A stretch of DNA of 64,000 nt, taken from Polyangiaceae bacterium. Its GTDB lineage: Bacteria > Myxococcota_A > Polyangia > Polyangiales > Polyangiaceae. Every line of letters starts with the position of its first letter. Position 1 is the first letter of the stretch. The stretch spans positions 352,001 through 416,000 of the forward strand of contig CBDCTZ010000005.1 of NCBI GenBank assembly GCA_965222375.1. Reading direction: 5' to 3'. The notes under the pieces were generated by a model, which was given only the letters and a program-made list of their open reading frames with translations, ran no database searches and was not told the origin of the DNA. Positions 17,629 to 28,071 of the stretch are shown here, one piece after another. The translations under genes and the position numbers were made by a program.

Positions 17629-20600
17629 TCAGACGTAACCCATCCGACGCCGCAGGGTCTGCGATGGATCGCTGATCCAGAACCGCATCATATCCGCTGC
17701 CAGTTCCATTCCCTGCGCCAGGGCTTGGCCCCGTAGGCCGGCCAAGTCGCCCTCGGTGCGCCGAATCAGGGTCACGCAAGCGGGCAAATCATCGGCGAAC
17801 ACCATCGCCGCTCGGGCAGCGCTGCGCCGAATGCGTTCCGACAGCTCCGTGAAGTCGATGGCTGGAGCTGCGGAATACGCGTGTGCCGCTTCCTCGGCCG
17901 CCCGGCGTCCACGGCGCGACAACGACTTTTGCACCTTCTTGGCGTGCGCCGCCAAGAACTCTTCGTCGGCAGTGCCAACACCGAAGCTGGAGTCCACGGC
18001 GCGGGTGGCGGCCACGAGCAGCAATTCGATTTCTCGTGGACTCAAGCGATTCACAGCGTGCAGCTTGCGAGCAATGTTGCTGAGGGGGCGAGCAAGCAGA
18101 AAGCCCTGCTCGACCTCCGTGAGCTGGGTCACGCTCGCCGGCACCAGCACCGCAGGAGGGTCGGTCAGCTCCACTTCCAAAGAGCCGGCATGAGCTCGGT
18201 GCACGTACAGCTCGAACTCCTCGACACCGAACACATGAGCCACATGGTCCGCCAGCAGCCGCAGCGGGTTGCCGGAACGCGTAGTGATGCGATCTCTGCT
18301 GGACAGTCCGTAGCGATCGAGTTCCGGCGGATGCACCTTGCCCAGGCCCTCGGAAAGCGTCGCGAGCAGGTCGTTCGCGGAATCCGAGCCGCCGTGTTCG
18401 TCGAGGGCGCGATAGGCGGCGTGGTCGAAAGCGCCGGTCTGCGCCCGAGCCATCCTCGACGGCCGCGCGGACAAGGTCGCACGCTCCAAGTCGTTCGCGG
18501 ACCCCAGGGCGACCAAAGGGGCCGACGCCAGGTCCGACTCCTCCTTGCGCCCCAGCGCCTTGTAGACCTGGCTCAAGTCACGCCAAGTTTCTGCTCGCGT
18601 CACGTCCAAGCGCAGCAGGTGCTTCAGCTCGCCGAGAGCACGCTCGTTACTGCTCGCCGCTCGCAACCGGCCAACGAGTTCGATCCGCAGCTCCTTGGAT
18701 GCAGGGGTTTGTGCGAGAGCCTGATCCAAGGTCCCGATGGCCATGTCGATTTGGTGCATCTCATCGCCCTGCACCCGCGCGATTTCCGTAAGCACCTCCA
18801 CCCTGGCCTCGACGCTCCGATTGGGGTCTTCCAGATAGGCCTTCAGCGCACCAACGTAATTGTTCCAACGCGGGTCATCCCCCAGCAGCTTCTGCTCGAC
18901 CAACAGATCGTGAAAGTCTTGGGCGGCGCGTCCATCGAGGCCGACGAAGGCGACGGCTTGCTCATAGGCGTGGGCCGCGCGATCGAGGGCTTTCTGCTCA
19001 CGTTCGAGGATTGCCAGAGCACATAGCGCCTCCGCACGCTCGTGATCGTCCCGAGCAATCTGGACCAAGCGCGCCGCTGTTTCAGCGGCTGGACCATGCT
19101 GCCCGCGGCGCTTCTGGATCGTGGCGAGGCGGATCAGTGCGCCCCGGTTTGTGTCATCCAGCGCCAGTACTCGCTCCACGCTCACGAGCGCGCGAGCCTC
19201 GTCGCCGAGGTGATCTTGCAGGATCCGAGCGAGCTCTGCGTGGGACTCGATCTTGAGTTCCTTGGACGGGCTCTGCGCCAAGACCTGGCCGAAACGATCA
19301 ACTGCTTCGGCCCACTGCCGGTCCCGCGCATACAGACGGCCGAGTTCCATTAACGCATCCACGTGACCGGGTTGCTCGTCGATCACCCGATGCAGAGCTG
19401 CCAAGCCCGCGGGCAGGTCGTTTTTCTTGTCGGCTAGCAGCCGCGCGACCCGAATCCAAAGCGCTGCCCTGCGATCCAAGTCCATGCACCACTGCGCCGC
19501 CTGGCACAGGGCATCGAATAGGCGATCCACTTGATCCAAAGCCAGCAGCAGGCGCTCGAGCTCGGAGGCGACGCCGTCGTCACCGGGGTTGAGCTCCAAC
19601 GCCTTTTCGAGAGCGGCGACCGCTTTGTCCGCCTCCCCGCGGCCAGCGTGCACGTCCGCTGCACCCCGCAGCAATGACGCGGCCACCTCCGTGTCCTCCA
19701 AAGCGCGTTTCGCGACTTCCGAGGCCTGCTCCAGCTGCTCCGCGTCCCCGGAACTCTTGGCGAGCCGAACGATGCCCCAGGCGGCTGCCATGCTTTCCGG
19801 GTCCCGGGCCAACGCCGAGCGGTAGGACTCCAAAGCGCTTGCGTCACTGATCGACTCGAGCATCTCCGCCAGGCGAGTCTGATGCGCAGCCGCTACGTCG
19901 GCCACGACGCTGGTGGCACCGAGCTTGGCATCCACGTGGGTCAAGAGTTGAGAGTCCCCCATGGCCAGCGCGATCCGCTCCAACTCAGCTAGCGCTCCCA
20001 GATCCGTGGGGGAGAGCTGCAGAATCGAAATGAACGTCGCACGCTGCAGCTCTAGGCCACTCGTGCCACTTCTCTCCTGCAAGCGGGCCAGCTCCCGAAG
20101 GGCGGCCACCTTGGAGCTGACGTCAGTCATCACCGCGGCTTGCCGCGTGTAAACCTTCGCGAGGTCTTCGAAGTTGCCCAGCTTGGCGTAGAGCGGTTCG
20201 AGGGCGCGGAGAGCACCAACGTGAGAAGGATCCCGCTTCAGCACGTCCTCGAAGCACTCGATGGCATGGGACTCGTCATCGAGCTCATCCCGCAGCATCT
20301 CGGCCTGACGAAACCGCGCCGCAACTGCCACCATCGGGTCCGAAGCGCTCTGTACTTCGCGTTCCAGCTCTTCGGCGTAGCGCTTCCAATCGCTGGCCTG
20401 GGCCAGAAGCCGCGCCCGACCATCCAACGCGGGACGGAAACCTTCGTCTACCGCCAGCGCCTGCTCGTAGGCGGCCAGAGCCTTGTCGTTCTGGCCCAGC
20501 CGGTTTTCGTAGACTTCGGCCAAGCGTAGCGCCGTTCGCGCGCGCTGGTCCTCTTTCTTCAGGCCCGAAAGCTCCAGCTCGATCAGCTTGACCAACTCGG

Positions 20601-23016
20601 CCCAGTGCCCACGGGCGGCAAGCTTCCGCCCCAAGGCGTGCAAGGCCGGCTGGTGGAATGGGTCCATTTCGATCGCGCGCCGATAAAACGCGATTGCGTC
20701 CTCGTCACGCCCCATGCGCTCTTCGGACAGCTCAGCCATCTTGAATAGCAGCGCCGCGGATTGCGGACCTTTCGCCGTGATGGCCAGCTCTTTGGAATAC
20801 ACCTCCAGCAGGTCATCCCAGCGGCCCGCGCGATAATACAGCCGCCCCAGACTGGACAGCGCCGGCGCGTAGCGCGGGTCTTTGGCTACCACGTCAGCGA
20901 AACGTATGAGCGCTGCGTCCGTATCCCCAAGGTGATCCTCGAGCACTTCGCCGGCGCGATGCAGCAGCGCAACCTGCTCCTCGGTGTGCTTGACGATCTT
21001 GGACTCGAGCTCCAGAGCCAGCACGAGATCCTTGTAGCGGCCCGCGCGCTCTGCTGCACGTTGCATCGCATGCAGTGCGCCCACGTGCTCTGGGTCGACT
21101 TCGAGCACCCGCCGGTAGGCATTGAGTCCCGCGCTCGGTGAATCCAACGCGTCTTCGTGCAAGCGACCGATCTTGAACAGATAAGTGATCTTGGTTTCAG
21201 GGTCTTTGGCCGCATCAACGGCGCGCTCGTACAGCTCTCCGAGCTCTCGGTGCTTGCCGGCGCTCGAATACAGACGGCATAGCGCCTTGAAGGACGGCGG
21301 GTGCATGGGCGAAAGACCCAGCGCGCGAGCGTGGTGCCCGATGGCCGTTTCGGACTGCCCGAGCTGCTCTTCGTAGATCACGGCAATGCGCGCATGAGCC
21401 GCAGCACGCCGGCCCGCATCGTCGACCGCCTCCGCCTCCGCCGCATGCATGGCGATCAGCTCCTGCCACTGGCGGCGCTGGGTGTAGAGATTACCAAGCG
21501 CGCTGAGTGCAGGCAGATACGACGCATCGAGCTCAAGCGCCTGCGCATAGATTTTCGCCGCGCCAGCTTCGTCATTCAGCCGTTCCTCGGCGATTTGACC
21601 GATGCGGTGATACAGCCCGAGTTTTGCGCTCGCACCCTCGGTGTTGTCGACCATGCGAGTCAAGGTTTGAACCAGCGCGGCGTACTGCTTGGTGCGGTCG
21701 TAGAGTCGAGCGAGTTCGCCCAGCACCATCAACTCGTCTGGCGAACTCTCGGCTGCACGTTCAAAGGCTTCAATCGCTTCATCATCGTGCCCCAGGCGAT
21801 CTGACAGCACGCGCCCGGTTCGGTAGTAGGCCATGCTGCGCACAACCGGATCCGCGGCCATCAAGGCTTCCGTCCGCAGCGTCTCTGCCAGGTCTCGGTA
21901 ACGCTTGGCCTCGGTGAACAGTCGCTTCAGCGCGTCGATGGCTCCCGGGGCTGCTTTGTCGAAGCTGAGAGCCTCTCGATACAGCTCCGCCGCGCCGTGA
22001 CTGTCGTCCTTACGCTTTTCGGCCAAGTGTGCGCGCTCCGCCAGAATCGACGCCCGCAACCGCTTGTCTTCCCCGGCGCCGCTAGCCTCCCGTTCGTAGG
22101 TCACGTCCAGGGAGTCCCAATTCTCCTGGTTGAGGTCCAACCGCTCGACAGCTTTGAGAGCGGTGGACAGCCCGCCGTCCAGTTCGAGCGCCGCGGTGTA
22201 GGCCTCGTGGGCTTCGCTCCGCTTGCCCATGAAGTCTTCCAGCACGCAGCCCTTTTCGTACAGGAGCAGCGCCCGCGCCGTCGGCTCCCCGGTGAAGCGG
22301 GCCTCGGCGTCGAAAAGAGAAACTGCGGCTTGAAAGTCTCTCCGCGACAACAACACTCGTCGGGTTCCGCGCAATGTCGGAACATGATCGGGACAGAGTT
22401 GATACGCCTTCTGGTAGTGATCCGCAGCCTTGCTCAGATCGGCGATCGGGCTTTCGTAGAGCCGCGCAATCTCGTAGTGAAGGCGACCACGCTTGAGTGG
22501 GTCCGTTGTCTTCTCGAACTGCTTTTCGAGCGAAGACAGCGTAAGCCGCGCGATTTCACCGCGCGGGTCCGGTGCGGGTGGCACGCCGATTTGAGTGGGC
22601 TTGTGCTCGGTCGGATCCTCGACCGGTTCTTCTTCCAGCAGTTCGTCCACTTCGATGGCAGACGCCGTCCGCTTGAGCGGGGCGCCCGCCTTGGGCGGCG
22701 GTGGAACACCTTTGGGCCGCTCGGCCCCGGGGACCGGGGGCGGCTTCGCCGGTTTGGGAGCAGACTTCTTCTTCCCCCCGACTTTGGGTTTGGCGTCGGC
22801 TTCCGCGCTGGACTTGGCTTTGCGCCGCGGCGGCGGAGGGACCCCGGCCCCCTTGCCGCCCCGCTTGGGGGGAGGCGGCGGCACCGAGCGCGGACCGGTG
22901 CCACCTGGCGCCTTGGCGCGAGCCTTCGGAGCCACTGGGCGCGGCGGATCCTGGGCCTCCGGCTTGGGGTTGTCGGGCTGGCTAGATTCTTTGGATGCGC
23001 GTTCGTCGTCGGACAT
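17629..23016 (-). CDS. Giant TPR-repeat protein (1795 aa)
   Basis: Pro/Lys-rich N-terminus; dozens of TPR units (A...Y..AL.LDP.H..AL..L.RLY); distinct C-terminal domain. Confidence 0.9.
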   Translation of the reverse strand: MSDDERASKESSQPDNPKPEAQDPPRPVAPKARAKAPGGTGPRSVPPPPPKRGGKGAGVPPPPRRKAKSSAEADAKPKVGGKKKSAPKPAKPPPVPGAERPKGVPPPPKAGAPLKRTASAIEVDELLEEEPVEDPTEHKPTQIGVPPAPDPRGEIARLTLSSLEKQFEKTTDPLKRGRLHYEIARLYESPIADLSKAADHYQKAYQLCPDHVPTLRGTRRVLLSRRDFQAAVSLFDAEARFTGEPTARALLLYEKGCVLEDFMGKRSEAHEAYTAALELDGGLSTALKAVERLDLNQENWDSLDVTYEREASGAGEDKRLRASILAERAHLAEKRKDDSHGAAELYREALSFDKAAPGAIDALKRLFTEAKRYRDLAETLRTEALMAADPVVRSMAYYRTGRVLSDRLGHDDEAIEAFERAAESSPDELMVLGELARLYDRTKQYAALVQTLTRMVDNTEGASAKLGLYHRIGQIAEERLNDEAGAAKIYAQALELDASYLPALSALGNLYTQRRQWQELIAMHAAEAEAVDDAGRRAAAHARIAVIYEEQLGQSETAIGHHARALGLSPMHPPSFKALCRLYSSAGKHRELGELYERAVDAAKDPETKITYLFKIGRLHEDALDSPSAGLNAYRRVLEVDPEHVGALHAMQRAAERAGRYKDLVLALELESKIVKHTEEQVALLHRAGEVLEDHLGDTDAALIRFADVVAKDPRYAPALSSLGRLYYRAGRWDDLLEVYSKELAITAKGPQSAALLFKMAELSEERMGRDEDAIAFYRRAIEMDPFHQPALHALGRKLAARGHWAELVKLIELELSGLKKEDQRARTALRLAEVYENRLGQNDKALAAYEQALAVDEGFRPALDGRARLLAQASDWKRYAEELEREVQSASDPMVAVAARFRQAEMLRDELDDESHAIECFEDVLKRDPSHVGALRALEPLYAKLGNFEDLAKVYTRQAAVMTDVSSKVAALRELARLQERSGTSGLELQRATFISILQLSPTDLGALAELERIALAMGDSQLLTHVDAKLGATSVVADVAAAHQTRLAEMLESISDASALESYRSALARDPESMAAAWGIVRLAKSSGDAEQLEQASEVAKRALEDTEVAASLLRGAADVHAGRGEADKAVAALEKALELNPGDDGVASELERLLLALDQVDRLFDALCQAAQWCMDLDRRAALWIRVARLLADKKNDLPAGLAALHRVIDEQPGHVDALMELGRLYARDRQWAEAVDRFGQVLAQSPSKELKIESHAELARILQDHLGDEARALVSVERVLALDDTNRGALIRLATIQKRRGQHGPAAETAARLVQIARDDHERAEALCALAILEREQKALDRAAHAYEQAVAFVGLDGRAAQDFHDLLVEQKLLGDDPRWNNYVGALKAYLEDPNRSVEARVEVLTEIARVQGDEMHQIDMAIGTLDQALAQTPASKELRIELVGRLRAASSNERALGELKHLLRLDVTRAETWRDLSQVYKALGRKEESDLASAPLVALGSANDLERATLSARPSRMARAQTGAFDHAAYRALDEHGGSDSANDLLATLSEGLGKVHPPELDRYGLSSRDRITTRSGNPLRLLADHVAHVFGVEEFELYVHRAHAGSLEVELTDPPAVLVPASVTQLTEVEQGFLLARPLSNIARKLHAVNRLSPREIELLLVAATRAVDSSFGVGTADEEFLAAHAKKVQKSLSRRGRRAAEEAAHAYSAAPAIDFTELSERIRRSAARAAMVFADDLPACVTLIRRTEGDLAGLRGQALAQGMELAADMMRFWISDPSQTLRRRMGYV

Positions 23017-23091
23017 GATCGACTCGCGGCGACCGACCTTAGCACGGGTGCGCCGGGCACTCCTGAGCAGGCAGCGTCAGCCGGTAAACCC

Positions 23092-23110
23092 AGGTGATTT
23101 CAATCACTTA
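23092..23110. promoter_or_regulatory. AT-rich palindrome / IHF-like site upstream of the TPR gene
   Basis: GTGATT-TC-AATCAC; also TTTCAATCACTTA, one mismatch to WATCAANNNNTTR. Confidence 0.35.
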
Positions 23111-23168
23111 GACAAATAGCTCCCCGGAGTCCATGAAAATCGACCCCGACCTCCATGACGGCGACCGC

Positions 23169-24047
23169 TCAACCCGGTGTCGGCAGTCGGATGACCCGGC
23201 CGCCCTTCGGCGGAGGCTCGACGGGCGGCAACGCCAGGACCAGCTTCTCGATGGCAGGGAGAACGTGCACGACTGCGCCTTCAGCATGGAGCTCGGAGAA
23301 CTCAGCATCGAAAACCAGCACCAACCGGTAGATGTTCGCAAAGCTGCGCGCGAGCAGCCCAAATCCCTTCTCGTGCACGACTTCGCGGCTATCGCCGTTA
23401 CCCTCGCGCCGCACATAGGAGATGGCGCGCGCGCTGAGCAAGTGCTGACGCCACGCGGCGCCAGACCGCTTGCTGTGTTGCCGGATTCGCTCCGCTTCTC
23501 GTAGCAGAAACGACGACAGAGGCGCTTCGACGTTGCGCGCTTCGAGCAATAGGCCGGCTTGCTCGTCCTCCCGTTCGAGCAGCTGAGAAAAATCCACGCC
23601 TGCTTGCTCCGCGGCTTCCAGGGCGCGGGCGGCTCGCAGAGCGGTCTCGACGTCTTCGTCCGGGCGCCGGATCTCGCTGGTGCCCCACAGGACGGGGGAT
23701 TGCACGTCCACGACGACCGCACGAATGGCACCAACCCGGTCCGCCAGCCGGGCGAGTTCGTCGTCCAAGCGGCGAGACGCCAGTTCGCTGCCAAACACGA
23801 CGTGTTCCGCGGCAGTGCCTGCCGAGTGGGAAAACGAGCGGGCAATATCGCGCAGCTTCTCCAGGTATTCCTGGGGATCTTCCGGCGCGGATTCAAACAC
23901 CGCCACCAAGCGGGCGCCCCCCTCCAAGAGTTCGAAGAGCTGGGTCGGATCCGTCGGCGGCCGGCCGCCCACTTCAATTCGGGCGTCGACCGCACCCAAG
24001 CGCTCGCGCACCAATTCGAGGACTCGGAAAACCGCTCCATCCACCAC
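23169..24047 (-). CDS. Hypothetical protein with divergent Roadblock/MglB-like C-terminal region
   Basis: LDDELARLADRVGAIRAVVVD...VHEKGFGLLARSFANIYRLVLVFDAEFS. Start set at GTG 24047 to avoid overlap with hutI. Confidence 0.65.
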   Translation of the reverse strand: MVDGAVFRVLELVRERLGAVDARIEVGGRPPTDPTQLFELLEGGARLVAVFESAPEDPQEYLEKLRDIARSFSHSAGTAAEHVVFGSELASRRLDDELARLADRVGAIRAVVVDVQSPVLWGTSEIRRPDEDVETALRAARALEAAEQAGVDFSQLLEREDEQAGLLLEARNVEAPLSSFLLREAERIRQHSKRSGAAWRQHLLSARAISYVRREGNGDSREVVHEKGFGLLARSFANIYRLVLVFDAEFSELHAEGAVVHVLPAIEKLVLALPPVEPPPKGGRVIRLPTPG

Positions 24048-24167
24048 GGGCGCCCTATACCACTGCTTCGGGCTGATCGGCACGGACCAGGCCGCCGCGG
24101 GCGCTTTCATCCCACCGGAAAGGGGGATATTGCCGTTCGCGGCTGGATTGCTGGAGGAGACACGACC

Positions 24168-25427
24168 ATGGGCGGGCTCTTGATCATCAACGCGGCGGAG
24201 GTCGTCACTGTTGCAGGTCGGTCCAACGCGCCTGGCCGAGGAGCGCAACAGAGCAACCTCGGGATCCTACACGACGCCGCCATCTTCGTGCGAGATGGTC
24301 TGATCGTGGCCGTGGGCGCGAGCGAGCGGCTGCGGCGCGAACACCGACTGGACGCGGAGCAAACCATAGATGCGGCGGGCGGCGTCGTGCTGCCGGGGTT
24401 CGTAGACCCCCACACCCACATGGTGTTCGCCGGTGACCGCGCCGACGAGTGGGAGCAGCGCATGCAGGGCGCTGAGTACCTCGATATCCTGCGCGCTGGC
24501 GGCGGGATTCTGAGCACCGTCAAGAAGACTCGCTCGGCATCCGCCGAGGCACTACTGGCTGCGGCGACGCGCTGGACAAAGGCAGCCCTGGCGTTCGGGA
24601 CCACGACCCTGGAGATCAAGAGCGGTTACTGCCTGGATCGAGACGGGGAGCTCAAACTCCTACAGGTGGCTGGCCGCCTTCAAGAGCGGTTGCCGTTGAA
24701 TATCGTTCGGACCTTTTTGGGGGCGCACGTCGTGCCGCCCGAGTTCAAGAACAACCGCGCTGGCTACCTGGAGCTGGTGCTTGAAGTCGCACAGGAGATC
24801 CGCGATGCCGACCTCGCGGAGTTCTTCGACGTATTCTGCGAAAAAGAAGCATTCACGTTGGAGGAGACCGAGCTGTTGTGTCGGAAAGCCAAGGGCATGG
24901 GCTACGGCATCAAGTTGCACGCCGAGCAATTCTCCGATGCCGGGGCGACTCAGCTGGGAGTCCGCCTCGGTGCGATCAGCGTCGATCACCTGGAGCAGGT
25001 CAACGACGCAACCATTGCCGCCCTTGCCAACGCGAGCCCAGCGCCCATTGCAGTTCTGTTGCCAGCGGTCGCCTTCCATCTGGCGCTCGACGGCTACGCG
25101 CCGGGACGCAAACTCGTCGACGCGGGGATCCCGGTCGCCTTGGCAACGGACATGAATCCCGGATCATCCTTCACGCCGTCCATGCCCATGGCGATTGCCA
25201 TCGCCTGCCGCACTCAGGGCCTGACCGTTGCTGAGGCCCTCGTCGGCGCGACCATCAACGCTGCGCACGCGATCGGTCGCCAGGCCAGCGTCGGCTCTTT
25301 GGAACCCGGGAAGCGTGCGGACATCATCGTCTGCGATGTGCCCGAGTACCGCTTCCTCGGCTACTCGTTTGGTGCCAACCCGGTGCGCGCCGTCATCACC
25401 GCAGGAAAAGTCGCCTGCGAAAACTGA
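24168..25427 (+). CDS. hutI: Imidazolonepropionase
   Basis: PGFVDPHTH, GGGILSTV, GTTTLEIKSGY, KLHAEQ, ALATDMNPGS; GGAGGA RBS. Confidence 0.95.
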   Translation: MGGLLIINAAEVVTVAGRSNAPGRGAQQSNLGILHDAAIFVRDGLIVAVGASERLRREHRLDAEQTIDAAGGVVLPGFVDPHTHMVFAGDRADEWEQRMQGAEYLDILRAGGGILSTVKKTRSASAEALLAAATRWTKAALAFGTTTLEIKSGYCLDRDGELKLLQVAGRLQERLPLNIVRTFLGAHVVPPEFKNNRAGYLELVLEVAQEIRDADLAEFFDVFCEKEAFTLEETELLCRKAKGMGYGIKLHAEQFSDAGATQLGVRLGAISVDHLEQVNDATIAALANASPAPIAVLLPAVAFHLALDGYAPGRKLVDAGIPVALATDMNPGSSFTPSMPMAIAIACRTQGLTVAEALVGATINAAHAIGRQASVGSLEPGKRADIIVCDVPEYRFLGYSFGANPVRAVITAGKVACEN

Positions 25428-25491
25428 CCTCGGACATCGAGCGCAGGGTTGGCACTTGTCAACCCCCGGTGCCGGCCTGATGCTGCCGAGC

Positions 25492-26451
25492 ATGGGACGC
25501 ATGGTCGACGGTGAGTGGACAACGGAATGGTATCGCCCGGATGCGAAGGGGCGCTTCGTTCGGGACGACACTCAATTCCGGGGGCGGGTCGAGAGCGGGT
25601 CAGATTCAACCTTCGGCGTCGAAGCCGGGCGCTACCACCTCTACGTCGCACACGCTTGCCCCTGGGCCCATCGCACCCTGATGGGGCGAGCCCTTTACGG
25701 GCTGGAATCTGCAATCAGCGTTTCCGTGGTTCACCCGGAAATGGGTGACGACGGTTGGACGTTCCAATCCGGCGATGGGGGTACCGGCGACGCACTTTTC
25801 GGGTTGAAGTTTCTGCGCGAAATCTATTCCCGGGCGCGAAGTGACTATACGGGCCGCGTCACGGTCCCTGTGCTCTGGGACAAGCAAACGGGCACCATCG
25901 TCAACAACGAGTCCCGGGAGATTCTGCGCATGATGAGTCAGCATCTTCGCAGCTTGGGCTCCTCGAGCGTCCACCTGCGCCCCAAGGGCAAAGAAGGCGA
26001 AATCGATGCGACCATCGATGCCATCTACCAGCCGATCAACAACGGTGTGTACCGCTCAGGCTTTGCCACCACCCAATCCGCATACGAAGAAGCGGTGAAG
26101 GACCTCTTCGACGCTTTAGAGCACTACGACCAGCAGCTTTCCAGACGACGCTACCTATTGGGAAACGATCTAACGGAAGCAGATTTGTGCCTCTTCTCCA
26201 CGCTGCTGCGTTTCGATCCCGTCTACCACTATCACTTCAAGTGCAACCTCAAGCGTCTGCGGGATTTCGACAACCTCTGGGGATTCACCCTCGAGCTCGC
26301 CCAGAACTTGGCGATCAAGCAGACCATCTTCATCGACTACATCAAGCAGCACTACTTTCGCAGCCACCCCAGCGTCAACCCAACTCGGGTCGTGCCCCTC
26401 GGGCCCAACATCAACTGGGACGCACCGCATGGGCGGCAGCGCTTGGTGTAA
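25492..26451 (+). CDS. Glutathionyl-hydroquinone reductase (YqjG-like GST)
   Basis: RYHLYVAHACPWAHR, TVPVLWDK, IVNNES, INNGVYR, HYFRSH. Confidence 0.92.
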   Translation: MGRMVDGEWTTEWYRPDAKGRFVRDDTQFRGRVESGSDSTFGVEAGRYHLYVAHACPWAHRTLMGRALYGLESAISVSVVHPEMGDDGWTFQSGDGGTGDALFGLKFLREIYSRARSDYTGRVTVPVLWDKQTGTIVNNESREILRMMSQHLRSLGSSSVHLRPKGKEGEIDATIDAIYQPINNGVYRSGFATTQSAYEEAVKDLFDALEHYDQQLSRRRYLLGNDLTEADLCLFSTLLRFDPVYHYHFKCNLKRLRDFDNLWGFTLELAQNLAIKQTIFIDYIKQHYFRSHPSVNPTRVVPLGPNINWDAPHGRQRLV

Positions 26452-26460
26452 GCTGCCCGC

Positions 26461-26685
26461 ATGGTCCGGATCCGTTTGTTGGGCTTCGAGCGTCAGCTAG
26501 CACGAGGAGTTTTCGAAACGATTCTGCCGTCCGGACGCAGCACGCAGCTGCCGGAGTTAGCGCACCACACGGCCATTGCCTGGCTCTTGGCCGAAGACCT
26601 GACGGATTTCGTGCACGCGCGACGCCGGACGATGCGCACCATGCGTCCTCCCGCGAGCACGGCTACCGATGTTCCGCTAGGGTGA
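26461..26685 (+). CDS. Small hypothetical protein or gene remnant
   Basis: 74-aa ORF that fills the gap (9 bp after the GST, 5 bp before the next gene). Confidence 0.3.
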   Translation: MVRIRLLGFERQLARGVFETILPSGRSTQLPELAHHTAIAWLLAEDLTDFVHARRRTMRTMRPPASTATDVPLG

Positions 26686-26690
26686 CGGCC

Positions 26691-28025
26691 ATGCGGACGA
26701 CCGCCTGCTTGGCTCTGTCAGTCTTCCTCTTAGCCTCTGGTGCAAGCGCCAATGGTCGCTTCCCACTGGCCCAGCAATTGGTGGAGTCGCCGCAGGACCC
26801 GAATCGGCTGGTGCTGCGAGCAACCTTCGGCCTCGTGATCTCTCCAGATGCGGGCAAGAGCTGGCGCTGGGTGTGTGAGCAATCCGTCGGATATAGCGGC
26901 ATCGAAGATCCGGCCATTGGGGTGACCAAGGGCGGCGCCCTGGTCGCTGGTATCTTCGATGGGCTTCGCCGCTCGGACAACGGCGGCTGCGATTTCACGT
27001 TTCCGTCGCCCCAGCTCGAGGGGCGATACGCAGTCGACATTACCGTCGACAAGAAGGACCCGACTCGAGTCTACGTCCTCGCGTCAACCGGAAAGGGCGG
27101 CGGGAAGTTCGAGACTATCCTGTTTCGATCTACGGATGAAGGCACCACCTTCACCCAGCTGGGTTCAGCGCTACCGGACAGCTTCTTGGGGCTGACTCTG
27201 GACCCGGCACCCACGGATCCGACTCGCCACTATGTCTCGGGGCTCGGAGACAACAGCCTGGGAGTGCTCTACGTATCCGACGACAACGGCCAGAATTGGA
27301 CCCTGCACAATGTTCCCGGGACCGACGTGCAGAAGTCGCCCTTCATCGGAGCCGTCAGCCCAACGGATCCCCTGACCGTCTACATTCGGGTCACCGGTAC
27401 GGATACCAACCGTCTTTTGATCACCAAGGACGGGGGCCAAAGCTTTCAGGAGCTCTTCGCGGGCAATGGACGCATGCTCGGCTTCGCCCTCTCCCCGAGT
27501 GGGGACGAAGTAGTGTTCGGCTATGGCGACCCGAAGGGCGACGCCACCGTCGACGAAAACACGCTCGGACTCTGGCACGCGAAGACCGCCGACCACGTCT
27601 TCACCCGCGTCCACAAGGGCCCGGTGAATTGCCTCACCTGGGCGACTCAGGGGCTATATGTTTGTGGCTCCCAGTTCGACCAGGGCTTCGAGCTGGGACT
27701 GATCAAGGACCCCCAGCTCGCAACGGGCGCCCCGCAATTCACCGAGCTATTCCAACTCAAGGACGTGGAGGGGCCGCTCGATTGTCCGGCATCCTCCGGG
27801 ACGAACACCTTCTGCGAGGGTGCTTGGCCCGCACTCTGTGAATTCCTTGGGCGCTGCGCGGATTCCGGAACCCCTGACGGCGGAGGGGCAGATTCTGGGA
27901 CCTCACCCGCCCCCGCCAAGGACTCGAGCGATTGTGGCTGCCGCGCTGCCGGCTCCGGCGGTGACGGCCCCTGGTGGATGTGCGCGATCCCATTCATGTT
28001 TTTGGCGTGGCGGCGCCGGCAATAA
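26691..28025 (+). CDS. Secreted BNR/Asp-box beta-propeller protein with MYXO-CTERM sorting signal
   Basis: Signal peptide then ANGRFP; S.D.G..W/F repeats; C-terminal DCGCRAAG, hydrophobic stretch, WRRRQ. Confidence 0.85.
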   Translation: MRTTACLALSVFLLASGASANGRFPLAQQLVESPQDPNRLVLRATFGLVISPDAGKSWRWVCEQSVGYSGIEDPAIGVTKGGALVAGIFDGLRRSDNGGCDFTFPSPQLEGRYAVDITVDKKDPTRVYVLASTGKGGGKFETILFRSTDEGTTFTQLGSALPDSFLGLTLDPAPTDPTRHYVSGLGDNSLGVLYVSDDNGQNWTLHNVPGTDVQKSPFIGAVSPTDPLTVYIRVTGTDTNRLLITKDGGQSFQELFAGNGRMLGFALSPSGDEVVFGYGDPKGDATVDENTLGLWHAKTADHVFTRVHKGPVNCLTWATQGLYVCGSQFDQGFELGLIKDPQLATGAPQFTELFQLKDVEGPLDCPASSGTNTFCEGAWPALCEFLGRCADSGTPDGGGADSGTSPAPAKDSSDCGCRAAGSGGDGPWWMCAIPFMFLAWRRRQ

Positions 28026-28071
28026 AGCTGACGCCAGTATCGTCTCCGGACCGTGGTATCAGGGCCTGGGC

